IMG/VR virus record: IMGVR_UViG_3300049015_000016
Span: 1 to 60,801 of that record
Reading direction: 5' to 3' (one strand)
Source: a virus
Length of the DNA: 60,801 bases
This document shows, one piece after another, positions 1 through 8,332 of the stretch. Position 1 is the stretch's first letter; every line of letters starts with the position of its first letter. The position numbers and the translations under genes are program-made. The notes under the pieces were generated by a model. That model had not been told where the DNA came from, did not search any database, and was given only the letters and a program-made list of their open reading frames with translations.

Positions 1-127
1 ACCGCCAGGCGCTTCGTGATCGTGGTGCGCGGAATGCCGGTGCGCTCGGCGATCTGCGATTGCGTGCCCGGCATCGCGGCCAGGATCGCCTTGTCGTAGA
101 AGTAGGACAGCGCCGACCGGAAGTTCG
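1..127. repeat. Terminal direct repeat, left copy (identical to 60675-60801)
   Basis: Read directly: bases 1-127 equal bases 60675-60801. The repeat lies inside a coding region. Confidence 0.95.
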
Positions 128-482
128 CCGGCACCTTTTCATCCGGCTGCGGCCCGGCCGCGAACGTCAGCACCATGGATTCTGCGCCGTACTCATGCGC
201 TTTCGGGTTCGGTGCCATGCCGACGATGTGCACGATGCCCTTGTCGCAAAGCCGGCGGAGGGCGTGCGATGCGTATATGCGCGACGTGCCCATCACGTCC
301 TGGATCACGTCGGCCGTGCAGGGCAACAGTTCCATGATGGCCGGCTGCCAGCTGCGGCCCATATCCGCGCACCGCGTGCTGCAATACTTGCCGGCGCCCT
401 GGCTGGCGTTGCTGTTCCAGACCTTCAATGGCCCGCCGCAATAGTTGCAGGTGCGGACCTGATGCCCGCGCGGCGGCTTCAT
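1..482 (-). CDS. N-terminal part of a junction-spanning zinc-ribbon + HTH DNA-binding protein (276 aa in total; continues at 60801 down to 60326)
   Basis: ATG at 482-480 forms an ATGA overlap with the stop of the 479..613 ORF. The frame is open to base 1 and in frame, through the repeat, with the track ORF 60326..60748. Sequence starts MKPPRGHQVRTCNYCGG...CSTRC, then an HTH (QSQIAERTGIPRTTITKRL). It is missing from the ORF track because it runs off the window edge. Confidence 0.7.
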   Translation of the reverse strand, partial: MKPPRGHQVRTCNYCGGPLKVWNSNASQGAGKYCSTRCADMGRSWQPAIMELLPCTADVIQDVMGTSRIYASHALRRLCDKGIVHIVGMAPNPKAHEYGAESMVLTFAAGPQPDEKVPANFRSALSYFYDKAILAAMPGTQSQIAERTGIPRTTITKRLA

Positions 483-613
483 AGGTCACCTCGCACGCAG
501 CGCCACTGGTACCAGTTCGTGTACGCCGCGCGTGGCGTACTGCCGATGCCGGTGACGGTCGGGCAGCTGCACATCCAGAAGCCGCACCACTTTACGATTT
601 TGGGTTTCATCAT
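479..613 (-). CDS. Small Cys/Trp-rich protein (44 aa), below the ORF-track size cut-off
   Basis: MMKPKIVKWCGFWMCSCPTVTGIGSTPRAAYTNWYQWRCVRGDL. Its start overlaps the methylase stop (TGATG) and its stop overlaps the next start (ATGA). Third codon positions are G/C-rich. Confidence 0.5.
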   Translation of the reverse strand: MMKPKIVKWCGFWMCSCPTVTGIGSTPRAAYTNWYQWRCVRGDL

Positions 614-1974
614 CAACTCCCGAACATATCCAATTGTGGGGATGTGTCCAACTTAACAGCTTCGACGCGCTCCAGTTCGTACTCGATGCGGGCGGTGGCG
701 ATCTCCAAATAGCCGGCCGGCTGTCCGTTTTCGTCCTCATCCTTGTCAATGCCGACGAACTCAAAGCCCTCACGCATACAAGCCTTGCCCGTGCTGCCGC
801 TGCCGAAGAACAGATCCAGGACCTTGCCACCTGGCGGCGTGACCAGGCGGCAGAGGTACGCCATCAGGTCCGTGGGCTTCACTGTCGGGTGCGTGTTGCC
901 CTTCAGCTCGCCGGCGGCGGCAGCGTTCTCGACATGGCGCAACGTGGTGCCGCGCTTGAGCTGCGGGCCCGGATCCTCCAGGCCTTCGTTGCGGTCCTTC
1001 GTGCTGGCCTTGGCGCAGTAGAAGAACCGTGCCGCGCTGCCACTGTCGCCGTGGAACACGCCGGCCACCCTCTCGCGCTCTCCCGTGACGCGGCCCACGC
1101 TTGCTGCGCTGGCCTCGGTGCCGCGCACGGGTGCGCTGGCACCGGCCTCCGCAGGAAACGCGGCCCGCACCTCGTCGCTGCCGTCGTGGATCAGGTTGGC
1201 GGGCCAGCGGCCGACGTGTTCGTGCGTCGTCGATTCGTGCCCCGCATGCCACGGGCGTGCATTCTGCCCACCGTGGGCAAGCATAGCCGTGTGGTGCGAC
1301 TTCACCGTTTCCGTACCGACCCTGCACCCGTCGATGTTTAGCGCACCGGTGCCGTGCGCCAGGACGTTTGCCGCCACGGTGCGGCCCTTCGCCAGTGGCT
1401 TGCGCGCGACGCATATCGGCTCGTGCGCCGGTTTCAGCGCCGTGCCCCAGCCATCCCACTGCTCGCCTTCAGGCGTGGCCGGCGTGTCGCGCTTCACCGA
1501 TGCGCCAGCGTCAGCGCTTCCGACAATGCCGCGGTGGCCGTTCGTGCTGGTCGGCCGCACGGTCGCCTCGCCAGGCCGCGTCTCGTTGACTTGCTTGAGC
1601 GCCAGGCTGTCGGAGCGGCCGCTGGTAACGTGGCCGTCGATCGCCTTACTGACGTTCATCGACTTCGGAAACCCGCTGCCGTACACCCACATGATCTGGT
1701 CGCGGATGTCGAACCCGGCGTCCTCGATCGCGCACGTCATGCGGTGATAGGTGCGGCTGCCGGAGAACGCCAGCAGGTGGCCGCCTGGCTTCAGCACGCG
1801 CAGAGCCTCGCGCCACATGTCGACGTTGTACGCGATGCCCGAGGCGTCCCACGTCTTGCCCATGAACCCGAGCTCGTACGGTGGATCCGTGACGATCGCG
1901 TCGACGCTGTTGTCGGGCATGGTGCGCAGCACGTCGAGCACGTCGCCGCGGTGTAGGATGTATGGCTTCGTCAT
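613..1974 (-). CDS. DNA methyltransferase, N6-adenine/N4-cytosine type (beta class)
   Basis: Catalytic DPPY motif near the N-terminus (IVTDPPYELGF). SAM-binding FxGxG near the C-terminus (VLDLFFGSGSTGKAC). The motif order IV then I is typical of beta-class enzymes. Confidence 0.9.
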   Translation of the reverse strand: MTKPYILHRGDVLDVLRTMPDNSVDAIVTDPPYELGFMGKTWDASGIAYNVDMWREALRVLKPGGHLLAFSGSRTYHRMTCAIEDAGFDIRDQIMWVYGSGFPKSMNVSKAIDGHVTSGRSDSLALKQVNETRPGEATVRPTSTNGHRGIVGSADAGASVKRDTPATPEGEQWDGWGTALKPAHEPICVARKPLAKGRTVAANVLAHGTGALNIDGCRVGTETVKSHHTAMLAHGGQNARPWHAGHESTTHEHVGRWPANLIHDGSDEVRAAFPAEAGASAPVRGTEASAASVGRVTGERERVAGVFHGDSGSAARFFYCAKASTKDRNEGLEDPGPQLKRGTTLRHVENAAAAGELKGNTHPTVKPTDLMAYLCRLVTPPGGKVLDLFFGSGSTGKACMREGFEFVGIDKDEDENGQPAGYLEIATARIEYELERVEAVKLDTSPQLDMFGS

Positions 1975-2450
1975 TCCGCGCCACCTTCCATCGCCAGCTG
2001 CGGCTGCTGCACCGGCAGCGCCATCACGCGCACGACGACGCGCGCGCCGTGTTCGTCTGGCTCCATGCGTTTCGCCACGATCTCATGCACGAAGACATCG
2101 TCGACGAACGCGTGGCCCTTCAGGCCATCCAGCGTGGGCTTGATGAGGTTGTCCAGGTCCGGCGCACGGACGCTGTCGTCCCATGCCGCGCCCATCTGGC
2201 GCTGTCGCTTCTGCCAGTCCTGTGGGCGGTGCGGGTACATGAACAAGTTCACGCGCACGCGGCCTACGATCGGTTCCGTCACGCCGGCCTGTCGTACCAG
2301 ATCCGCAACGGCATCCTTGAACAGTACACCCTCCTGCGTCACGTACGTGATCGCCATCGGCCGCTTTCCTTTTGGCGTGACGACGCGCGTGGCCCAAAGA
2401 CGGTTTGCCGATGGCGGCACGGGAAGCACGAGAATTATTGGTTTCGTCAT
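1971..2450 (-). CDS. rusA: RusA-family Holliday junction resolvase
   Basis: VLPVPPSANRLW and DLDNLIKPTLDGL motifs, about 159 aa. ATGA-type overlap with the downstream gene. Confidence 0.9.
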   Translation of the reverse strand: MTKPIILVLPVPPSANRLWATRVVTPKGKRPMAITYVTQEGVLFKDAVADLVRQAGVTEPIVGRVRVNLFMYPHRPQDWQKRQRQMGAAWDDSVRAPDLDNLIKPTLDGLKGHAFVDDVFVHEIVAKRMEPDEHGARVVVRVMALPVQQPQLAMEGGAE

Positions 2451-2728
2451 TTTTGAGAGATCCTTGTCATTTTGCGGCAGTGCTCACACTTCGTTTTGCT
2501 GCGCTCCGATAGGCGCCGCAGTTCATCCTGATAGCGCGCGTGGTACTGGTGGTACTGGCTTTCCTGCCGCGCCAGCGTCTTCAGCGCGTACATCGGATTT
2601 AGCTTCTCGCCGCAGTCGCGGCACTCGACGGTGTCCAGCGTCTCGTCGATGATGAAGCGCTTATGCCAGCACTTCATGCCTGGCGCGATCTGCAGAACCC
2701 GCCCCGTGTCTTTCACCGTAGGTTTCAC
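2447..2728 (-). CDS. Hypothetical zinc-ribbon protein
   Basis: 93 aa with CRDCGEK ... CEHCRK Cys pairs; coupled to rusA. Confidence 0.6.
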   Translation of the reverse strand: MKPTVKDTGRVLQIAPGMKCWHKRFIIDETLDTVECRDCGEKLNPMYALKTLARQESQYHQYHARYQDELRRLSERSKTKCEHCRKMTRISQK

Positions 2729-2734
2729 GGGAAG

Positions 2735-2959
2735 TTAGTGGACCTCCGCCAGCTGCGGCGCCTCGTCTGGTGGGATTTCGACGATCACGGCATCAGTCCT
2801 TTCTGGTTGAGGATTTCGTGTGTGCGCAGATTTCACGGCTCCAGTGTTGAAGTGCCCAACGCTCACGATCCGTTCGGTACCGCAATCGCACACGCAGCGG
2901 TAGCGACTTCCATGCAGGACCTCGACGGCAGCAAGCATTTCAACGCGCTTGATTTCCAT
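2735..2959 (-). CDS. Hypothetical protein
   Basis: 74-aa ORF with AGGA about 6 nt upstream of the ATG at 2959. An alternative start exists at 2938. Confidence 0.45.
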   Translation of the reverse strand: MEIKRVEMLAAVEVLHGSRYRCVCDCGTERIVSVGHFNTGAVKSAHTRNPQPERTDAVIVEIPPDEAPQLAEVH

Positions 2960-3392
2960 TAGAATTCCTTTCCAGTATTGCGAAGCACAGCACCATCAGT
3001 TCTTCCTGCGTTCCGTACAGCTTTTCGAAGCGGGACTTGTTCGGGTGCACGGCCACGCGCCCCGCTGGATCGGTATCGTCCTGCTGGTGGTGCGGCGCGC
3101 ACAGCGGTAGGACCAGCTTGTGACAACCCGGCTTCGTGCGTCCGTCGACGTGATGGATCGATACATGCTGGTTGAACTGCCCGTCCTTCATGCACGCCAC
3201 ACAACCGATCTCCGTGGCCAGCCGATCCCACATCAATTTTTCTTCCGGCGTCACCGGTCGCTGCTTCGACTTCATCGCCTTCTGCCGCGGCTTGCCGGTG
3301 GCGCGCACTGCGCCGTGCAGCGAAGACTTCGCCTTCAGCGTCGACGTGCCGCGCGCCATCGGCGCCTTTCTCGTCATGGCTGTGCGCTTCAT
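2940..3392 (-). CDS. Ref-like (RecA-dependent nuclease family) HNH protein
   Basis: GCVACMKDG...HVSIHHVDGRTKPG...LPLCAPHH...FEKLYGTQEEL resembles P1 Ref-type HNH nucleases. Start refined to the ATG at 3392, which forms an ATGA overlap with the upstream stop. Confidence 0.75.
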   Translation of the reverse strand: MKRTAMTRKAPMARGTSTLKAKSSLHGAVRATGKPRQKAMKSKQRPVTPEEKLMWDRLATEIGCVACMKDGQFNQHVSIHHVDGRTKPGCHKLVLPLCAPHHQQDDTDPAGRVAVHPNKSRFEKLYGTQEELMVLCFAILERNSNGNQAR

Positions 3393-4759
3393 GCTGTCCG
3401 CTCCATCTCTGACTGGATGCGGCGCCCGATCCAGCGCACCACCGGTACAGGCCACGAATTACCCAGCGCCTTATAGCGCGGGCCATCCATCATCGGCTTA
3501 CCGCGATATGGCACCAGCGTGTAGTCGTCGGAGAACCCCTGCAAGCGTTCGCACTCGCGTGGCGTGAGGCGGCGCACGGCCATGCCGTGCTGCGCACATT
3601 GCACCTCGGCGCGCGCCTCCAGCGTGTAGGCAACCTCTTCCTGCACGCCGACACCATCGGGACCGCTGTTCGGATTCGTGCGAAGCGCGCCGGCCTGGAT
3701 GGCGTGCGCCGTCACAATCGGCTGCCCGCGCCCGGTCCCGTCCTCGCTCGCGTCGAAGCCTTCGGCTTTCAGCGTGTGCGTGATGTCGCCGGTGATGCAG
3801 ACGGCCATGGGCTTCGTGTGCAGCGTAGGCACGGCGCCATCCGCACGGCACGCAGCCCGGTTTTCCGGCGACGTGACGTTGCGCTCGTCGAACAGCGCGA
3901 CCGGTTGGACCGCGAACGTCTCCACCTCGAAGTCGATGCGCATGCCACGAGCGGTCAAGCAAGCCGCAACGTCTACGCTTCCACCAGTTCGTCCGCCGCC
4001 GAAGCACTCAACGGGCTGGAGGTGCCCGGCGCGGGCGTGGTCGACATCGCTACCGCCGTCAGTGCGGCGAAGAGTGCCGGCGGCAGCTTCTTGCCCCTGG
4101 CCTCGGCTCGGCGGAGAATCCCGGCGCACGCCTTCGAACTCAAAAAGTACTGCGGCGGGATCGAACCCGTCTCGAGCACTTGCGACAACGAACACACGAC
4201 GGCGTCGTTGGGCCAGTCCGAAATATTGGGCATCGAGAATCCGCCACGCGACTGCTCTTTGTGGTCCAAACACACAACCAGCGTTCGACCATTTTTTCCC
4301 TGGCGGGACGACTGGGCAATCTTCTCCGGCAAGCGCTCCCAGAAAACATCCGAAGGCGTTGTCGGCGGTGCTGAGGACACCGGGGACGTTTTCCCATACG
4401 TGGACGGCTGGAAGAAGTCCAGTTGCAATGCGGCGTTTGTCGATTTCATCTGCGATTTCGCAATAGGTGAGGGTGAGGTTTCCGCGATCATCTTCCAACG
4501 AATTACGCAGGCCGGCGATCGAGAATGCCTGGCACGGTGTGCCGGCGCAGAACACGGCCGGCGCGTGCACGAAGCCGTCGCGGATCAGGTGCGGCAACTC
4601 GCGCATGTCGCCGTGGTTTGGCACGTCCGGATAATGGTGTCGCAGCAGTGCGCTGGGCGCGGCATCAATTTCCGACACCCACGCGGTTTTCCAGCCCAGC
4701 GGCGCCCATGCCACCGTGGCCGCTTCGATGCCGCTGGCAGTGGATCCGAAATCAATCAT
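3389..4759 (-). CDS. DNA (cytosine-5)-methyltransferase
   Basis: Motif IV FCAGTPCQAFSIAG, motif VI ENVPGVL, motif VIII QRRRRVFVV and motif X GNSWPVPV. Start refined to MIDFGS at 4759 (ATGA overlap). Confidence 0.9.
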   Translation of the reverse strand: MIDFGSTASGIEAATVAWAPLGWKTAWVSEIDAAPSALLRHHYPDVPNHGDMRELPHLIRDGFVHAPAVFCAGTPCQAFSIAGLRNSLEDDRGNLTLTYCEIADEIDKRRIATGLLPAVHVWENVPGVLSTADNAFGCFLGALAGEDCPVVPPGKKWSNAGCVFGPQRAVAWRILDAQYFGLAQRRRRVFVVASARDGFDPAAVLFEFEGVRRDSPPSRGQGQEAAAGTLRRTDGGSDVDHARAGHLQPVECFGGGRTGGSVDVAACLTARGMRIDFEVETFAVQPVALFDERNVTSPENRAACRADGAVPTLHTKPMAVCITGDITHTLKAEGFDASEDGTGRGQPIVTAHAIQAGALRTNPNSGPDGVGVQEEVAYTLEARAEVQCAQHGMAVRRLTPRECERLQGFSDDYTLVPYRGKPMMDGPRYKALGNSWPVPVVRWIGRRIQSEMERTA

Positions 4760-5157
4760 GCCGCACCGCCCTTCTGCTTCGCCTCGCCGAACAGCGCTTC
4801 CACCAGCGGATCGCGATGCATGCCTATCTGCTTCGCATCCACCCTGCGTTGTCGCTTCTGCACCAGCGGCGGCCGGTCCTTCTTTGCGATGGACAGGTGA
4901 CACAATTCCGGCGGTAGGATCAGCTGGCGGCCGATGATGTGGTAGACGACGTGGCCGCCGTTGCGCACGCCGAGCCGGACTTGCTGCACCTCGTCGGCCA
5001 GCTGTAGGCGGCGCATCGCCGCGCGCGTCGTGTGCTCGGTCTTTCCGACGACCTGGGCGACAGTCCTGCAGGTGACGGAATGCTCAGCGTCGACGAGGAA
5101 TTCCCGGATGACCTGCAGCGTCGCCGCGCTGACGCGCGCACCGATGGGCTTATTCAC
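4756..5157 (-). CDS. Winged-helix DNA-binding protein with C-terminal DPLVEALFG tail
   Basis: GTG at 5157 preceded by GGGAG. The track ORF's N-terminal 68 aa is rejected because it overlaps the better ORF 5150..5395. HTH-like CRTVAQVVGKTEHTTRAAMRRL. Confidence 0.6.
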   Translation of the reverse strand: MNKPIGARVSAATLQVIREFLVDAEHSVTCRTVAQVVGKTEHTTRAAMRRLQLADEVQQVRLGVRNGGHVVYHIIGRQLILPPELCHLSIAKKDRPPLVQKRQRRVDAKQIGMHRDPLVEALFGEAKQKGGAA

Positions 5158-5395
5158 GATGCGCTCCCGATTCAGCGACCAGGCCGCGCCACGGGAAGCT
5201 CTGGCATGGCGCCACCGCGCTGGTGCACAACGCCGAATGCACGGTCCCATACCCGCAGAACCACGACCAGCCGTTCCAGCGGCAGAACAGCGCGAAGCTG
5301 CCGTCCTGCTCGTCGCTGTAGTCGCGCTCGTAGACGCCTTCGCGCACTGGTTTTTCATCACCGCTGAACCACGGCGTTTTTTCTTGCTCCTGCAT
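5150..5395 (-). CDS. Hypothetical protein
   Basis: 81 aa, MQEQEKTPWFSGDEKPVREGVYERDYS...; non-degenerate composition. Confidence 0.6.
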   Translation of the reverse strand: MQEQEKTPWFSGDEKPVREGVYERDYSDEQDGSFALFCRWNGWSWFCGYGTVHSALCTSAVAPCQSFPWRGLVAESGAHRE

Positions 5396-5404
5396 GCTGT
5401 CCTC

Positions 5405-5884
5405 CTACTGCGGTTTGGCCGGCCCGAACAGGGCGGCGATTAACGGGTCGCGCTGCACGCGCACCTTTGCGTTCTGGACGATGCGCGGCTTCGCGCCCAG
5501 CTCGTCCATCATCTCGTGCACCATCGTGCCGATGCTGAAGTTCGTCAGCGCTGTCAGCATCCGCTTGCGCGCGGCGAGCCGCCGGCTCTTCTGCTCCGGT
5601 GTCAGGATCGTGCCGTCCAGGCTTTCGGTGAAGTTCTTGACCTTCTGCGCGTCGGGCACCAGCGTGAAGTAGAAGACCTGGCCGACTCGCCCCGGCATCG
5701 TCACGACACGCTCGACAAGCAGGCCTGCCTCGCGCAGGCGCGCCAGCTGCTTGCGCGCGCCACTGATCGAGCACGACAGGATCACCGAGACGTCAGCGGA
5801 CGTCAGTGGACCATCTTCGCGCAGCGCCTCGATCATGCACCGCAGCTGGACTGCAGTGTTGCGTTTGATGCGATCGCTGCTCAT
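5405..5884 (-). CDS. MarR-like winged-helix protein with C-terminal DPLIAALFG tail
   Basis: Start refined to MSSDRIK at 5884 (ATGA overlap). LRCMIEALREDGPLTSADVSVILSCSISGARKQLARLREAGLL. Confidence 0.7.
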   Translation of the reverse strand: MSSDRIKRNTAVQLRCMIEALREDGPLTSADVSVILSCSISGARKQLARLREAGLLVERVVTMPGRVGQVFYFTLVPDAQKVKNFTESLDGTILTPEQKSRRLAARKRMLTALTNFSIGTMVHEMMDELGAKPRIVQNAKVRVQRDPLIAALFGPAKPQ

Positions 5885-6075
5885 GCGCCACCCGAATTGG
5901 TCACGACGCAGCTGATCTTGCGGCCAGCGCCGACGTCCGCCTGCTGGCGCTCCAGGCAGTTCACGTACACGTCGTTGCGCGCGTGCTCCTTTCCGGACAG
6001 GTACCAGCCGTACGTCGCGCCGCCCCACACGAGCAGCAGCGCGATCCAGCTGATGGCGGACCGTGCGGGCGTCAC
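5881..6075 (-). CDS. Small membrane protein
   Basis: 64 aa with one hydrophobic helix (ISWIALLLVWGGATYGWYL). Confidence 0.6.
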   Translation of the reverse strand: MTPARSAISWIALLLVWGGATYGWYLSGKEHARNDVYVNCLERQQADVGAGRKISCVVTNSGGA

Positions 6076-6350
6076 AGCGGCACCTTCGTCGTCTGCTGGA
6101 ACTGGCTGACCGCGACGGCCAAGATCGTGGCCTTGCCGCGCTCGTCGCAGCGCTTGAACATCTCAACCAGCTGCATCAAACGGGCGTCCATCCGCACGGG
6201 ATGTGTCTGCGCTTCGCGCTGGGCGTCCAGCTGACCGCGGTAGTGCACAAGCACGGCGTCTTTGTCGATGCAGCCCGGCGCGCCCAAGCCGTCAAACTCC
6301 TCGTGCCGCGCGGGTTGTTTCTGTGCTCCGATCATGGACTCCTCCCTCAT
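6072..6350 (-). CDS. Hypothetical protein
   Basis: Start refined to the ATG at 6350 (ATGA overlap with the upstream stop); 92 aa. Confidence 0.55.
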   Translation of the reverse strand: MREESMIGAQKQPARHEEFDGLGAPGCIDKDAVLVHYRGQLDAQREAQTHPVRMDARLMQLVEMFKRCDERGKATILAVAVSQFQQTTKVPL

Positions 6351-6868
6351 TGGTAATCGAACTGGCGCAGCAGCGCCATCATCCCCTGCTCGGCCGCCTG
6401 CGGCGACGCGGCGGGCCACAAAGTCTGCTGCGCGACGGACATGCGCAGGAACGCCCTCGCGTCTTCGAAGAATTGCCGGGCCTCCTCCTCGCTACAGTCG
6501 GCGAACGACAGGGACTTCGGCACCGGGCGCAGCTCGCCGTCCGGCGTCGGGATCCAGTCGACGAACCCGGCGCCAACCTTCAGCCACGCGGTGAACACGC
6601 GGTAGTCCTCGAACCGGTCCTGCGCCTTGAACACCGTCGACAGGACCTTAAAAACGAGCCGATGGAACCGGCTGTTGCGCTGCCGCTTCACGGTCAGCGT
6701 GAAGTAGCTGCCGGCCGGCGCATCGGCGAATGCGCGCCACCAGCCGCGCCACGCCTTCATGTCGCGCTCGGTCACGCCGTCGATCGCCTGGAACAGGAAG
6801 CGCCGCACGATCTCGGCGTCCGTTTCGGGCAGCCGGTCATCGGTCCGCTTCAGCAGCACGATTTCCAC
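6347..6868 (-). CDS. Hypothetical phage protein (possibly DUF1367-like)
   Basis: 173 aa with good composition. The family assignment is from memory only. Confidence 0.6.
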   Translation of the reverse strand: MEIVLLKRTDDRLPETDAEIVRRFLFQAIDGVTERDMKAWRGWWRAFADAPAGSYFTLTVKRQRNSRFHRLVFKVLSTVFKAQDRFEDYRVFTAWLKVGAGFVDWIPTPDGELRPVPKSLSFADCSEEEARQFFEDARAFLRMSVAQQTLWPAASPQAAEQGMMALLRQFDYQ

Positions 6869-6871
6869 GTC

Positions 6872-7150
6872 TTACTCCGGATCGCCCACGCAGCGCTGGC
6901 CCAGCATCTGCTTGATCTCGCGCACACTCCAGCCGGCAATGCCATGGTGCTCCATCGCCTCGGACAGCGCGACCACGTACATCGCGCTGAAGGCAAGCGC
7001 GCCGCTGCGCAGCTTGCTGATCACTGGCGGATCCTGCTCCATCGCACGACCAAGCGCTGCATCGCTGGTGATCTCGAGCTTTTTTTTCGCGGCATCGAGA
7101 AGAAATGCCTGAAACCGTGCTCGATCAGTGAATTCTTTTGCTTTAGTCAT
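6872..7150 (-). CDS. Small HTH regulatory protein (CII/XRE-like)
   Basis: 92 aa; helix-turn-helix candidate ITSDAALGRAMEQDPPVISKLRSG. Confidence 0.55.
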   Translation of the reverse strand: MTKAKEFTDRARFQAFLLDAAKKKLEITSDAALGRAMEQDPPVISKLRSGALAFSAMYVVALSEAMEHHGIAGWSVREIKQMLGQRCVGDPE

Positions 7151-7620
7151 AAGTTCCGTTCCCTTCTTTTAAGTGCATATTTCTTCAGTTTTTGCATTGT
7201 GGTGGCTGCCGATGGCACATCAGGCTGAGCCAGGATCCGCGAAATAGCGGTGCTGCTCAATCCAGATGCTTTAGCCACGTGCGCGGCAGGAGTATCTTGC
7301 AGCTCGTCAATAAGTATGCTGCGATACCTTTGATAGTCGAAGAGCAACTTTGCCTCTCGCTTCAAGGACTTTATGAGGACATACCCTTCGACGTGCAGCC
7401 TGTTATACGGCGGATGTAAATCGCCAATCGCCTGCTTCTCGATCCGGTAGGCTTCGTCCCGGTCCGAGCCGATCGGCTCAACCTCTATCCGTCGCACAAG
7501 GTGTCCCCAAGAGGATCTGCGCAGGTGCGAGTGAATCCTTTTCGTGACCTCGCCCGACACGCCGATGTACAGCAGATTCCCATCCTTGTCGTACTGCTTG
7601 TACAGCCAATACTGGATCAT
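7147..7620 (-). CDS. GIY-YIG nuclease domain fused to a C-terminal HTH
   Basis: YWLYKQYDKDGNLLYIGVS...R...H...E pattern typical of GIY-YIG. C-terminal HVAKASGLSSTAISRIL. Lies in the AT-richer island. Confidence 0.75.
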   Translation of the reverse strand: MIQYWLYKQYDKDGNLLYIGVSGEVTKRIHSHLRRSSWGHLVRRIEVEPIGSDRDEAYRIEKQAIGDLHPPYNRLHVEGYVLIKSLKREAKLLFDYQRYRSILIDELQDTPAAHVAKASGLSSTAISRILAQPDVPSAATTMQKLKKYALKRRERNL

Positions 7621-7793
7621 TCCTTGCCCCGGAAATGATCGGCCAGCGTCTTTACCGTCGAGTACGGCGGGTCGGAATGTTTGCCGTTGGCGATCTTCAG
7701 CACGGTTCGGTAGCTGATCCCCGTGTTCCTCGCCACAGCGGCAATGTTTGCGTCCTTCAGCATCGACAGGACGTACTTCAATTCATCGGTCAT
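7617..7793 (-). CDS. Cro/XRE-like HTH protein (58 aa), first gene of the leftward block
   Basis: MTDELKYVLSMLKDANIAAVARNTGISYRTVLKIANGKHSDPPYSTVKTLADHFRGKE. AAGGAG lies 7 nt upstream and there is an ATGA overlap downstream. Below the ORF-track cut-off. Confidence 0.7.
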   Translation of the reverse strand: MTDELKYVLSMLKDANIAAVARNTGISYRTVLKIANGKHSDPPYSTVKTLADHFRGKE

Positions 7794-8019
7794 CGGACAC
7801 TCCTTTTGTTGTAAGGTATGAGCAATATACCGTCACATTTTTAACACGTCAAGAACAAAATTATGTCATTTGGTTGTTGTATTTTCCATTAGGCAGTGCT
7901 AGGATGATCTTCACCGAAGCACTGAATTCCGCGCAGAAAGGCGCAATCAAGGCGTGTCGAGGGAGGGCACCCCGGAGCCAACCGGGACTTATATGAACAA
8001 CAACCACATGGAGGACATC
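7794..8019. promoter_or_regulatory. Divergent early control region
   Basis: AT-rich non-coding gap between the oppositely oriented first genes. Contains sigma70-like elements such as TTGTTG...TAGGAT. Confidence 0.5.
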
Positions 8020-8250
8020 ATGTCTGCTACGCAAGAGCAAGGCCAGCAAGTCCAGCAACCCGTCGGCGCAATCCCGTTCGTCATCGACCTGACGGCCCGG
8101 GTGATGCGGCGCCACCGCCTCCTCGACGAGATCGCGCAGAACCGACTGAACCGCGCCCACGTCACCGAGATGATGGCCCGGTACCAGGAGCTGGCCGACA
8201 TGCTCGACGGGCAGCATAAGGTGTTGCAGGAAAGCCTCAAGGTGCGGTGA
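8020..8250 (+). CDS. Hypothetical early protein
   Basis: GGAGG lies 5 nt upstream of the ATG at 8020. An alternative in-frame start is at 7993. Confidence 0.55.
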   Translation: MSATQEQGQQVQQPVGAIPFVIDLTARVMRRHRLLDEIAQNRLNRAHVTEMMARYQELADMLDGQHKVLQESLKVR

Positions 8251-8297
8251 CTGGAAGAAAACACTTGCGCGCAGGAATCGTAGGAAATAGAATCGGC

Positions 8298-8326
8298 TTG
8301 TCGATGTGAGGGCATTGACGGATAAT
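8298..8326 (+). promoter_or_regulatory. Candidate sigma70 promoter TTGTCG-N17-GATAAT
   Basis: Hexamers at 8298-8303 and 8321-8326 with a 17-nt spacer. Confidence 0.4.
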
Positions 8327-8332
8327 CATCCA

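Noticed and set aside
60-656. 198-aa plus-strand ORF at the left end.
   Set aside because: It is antisense to the junction-spanning HTH gene and the 44-aa ORF. The composition is Arg/His/Ala-rich and there is no ribosome-binding site.
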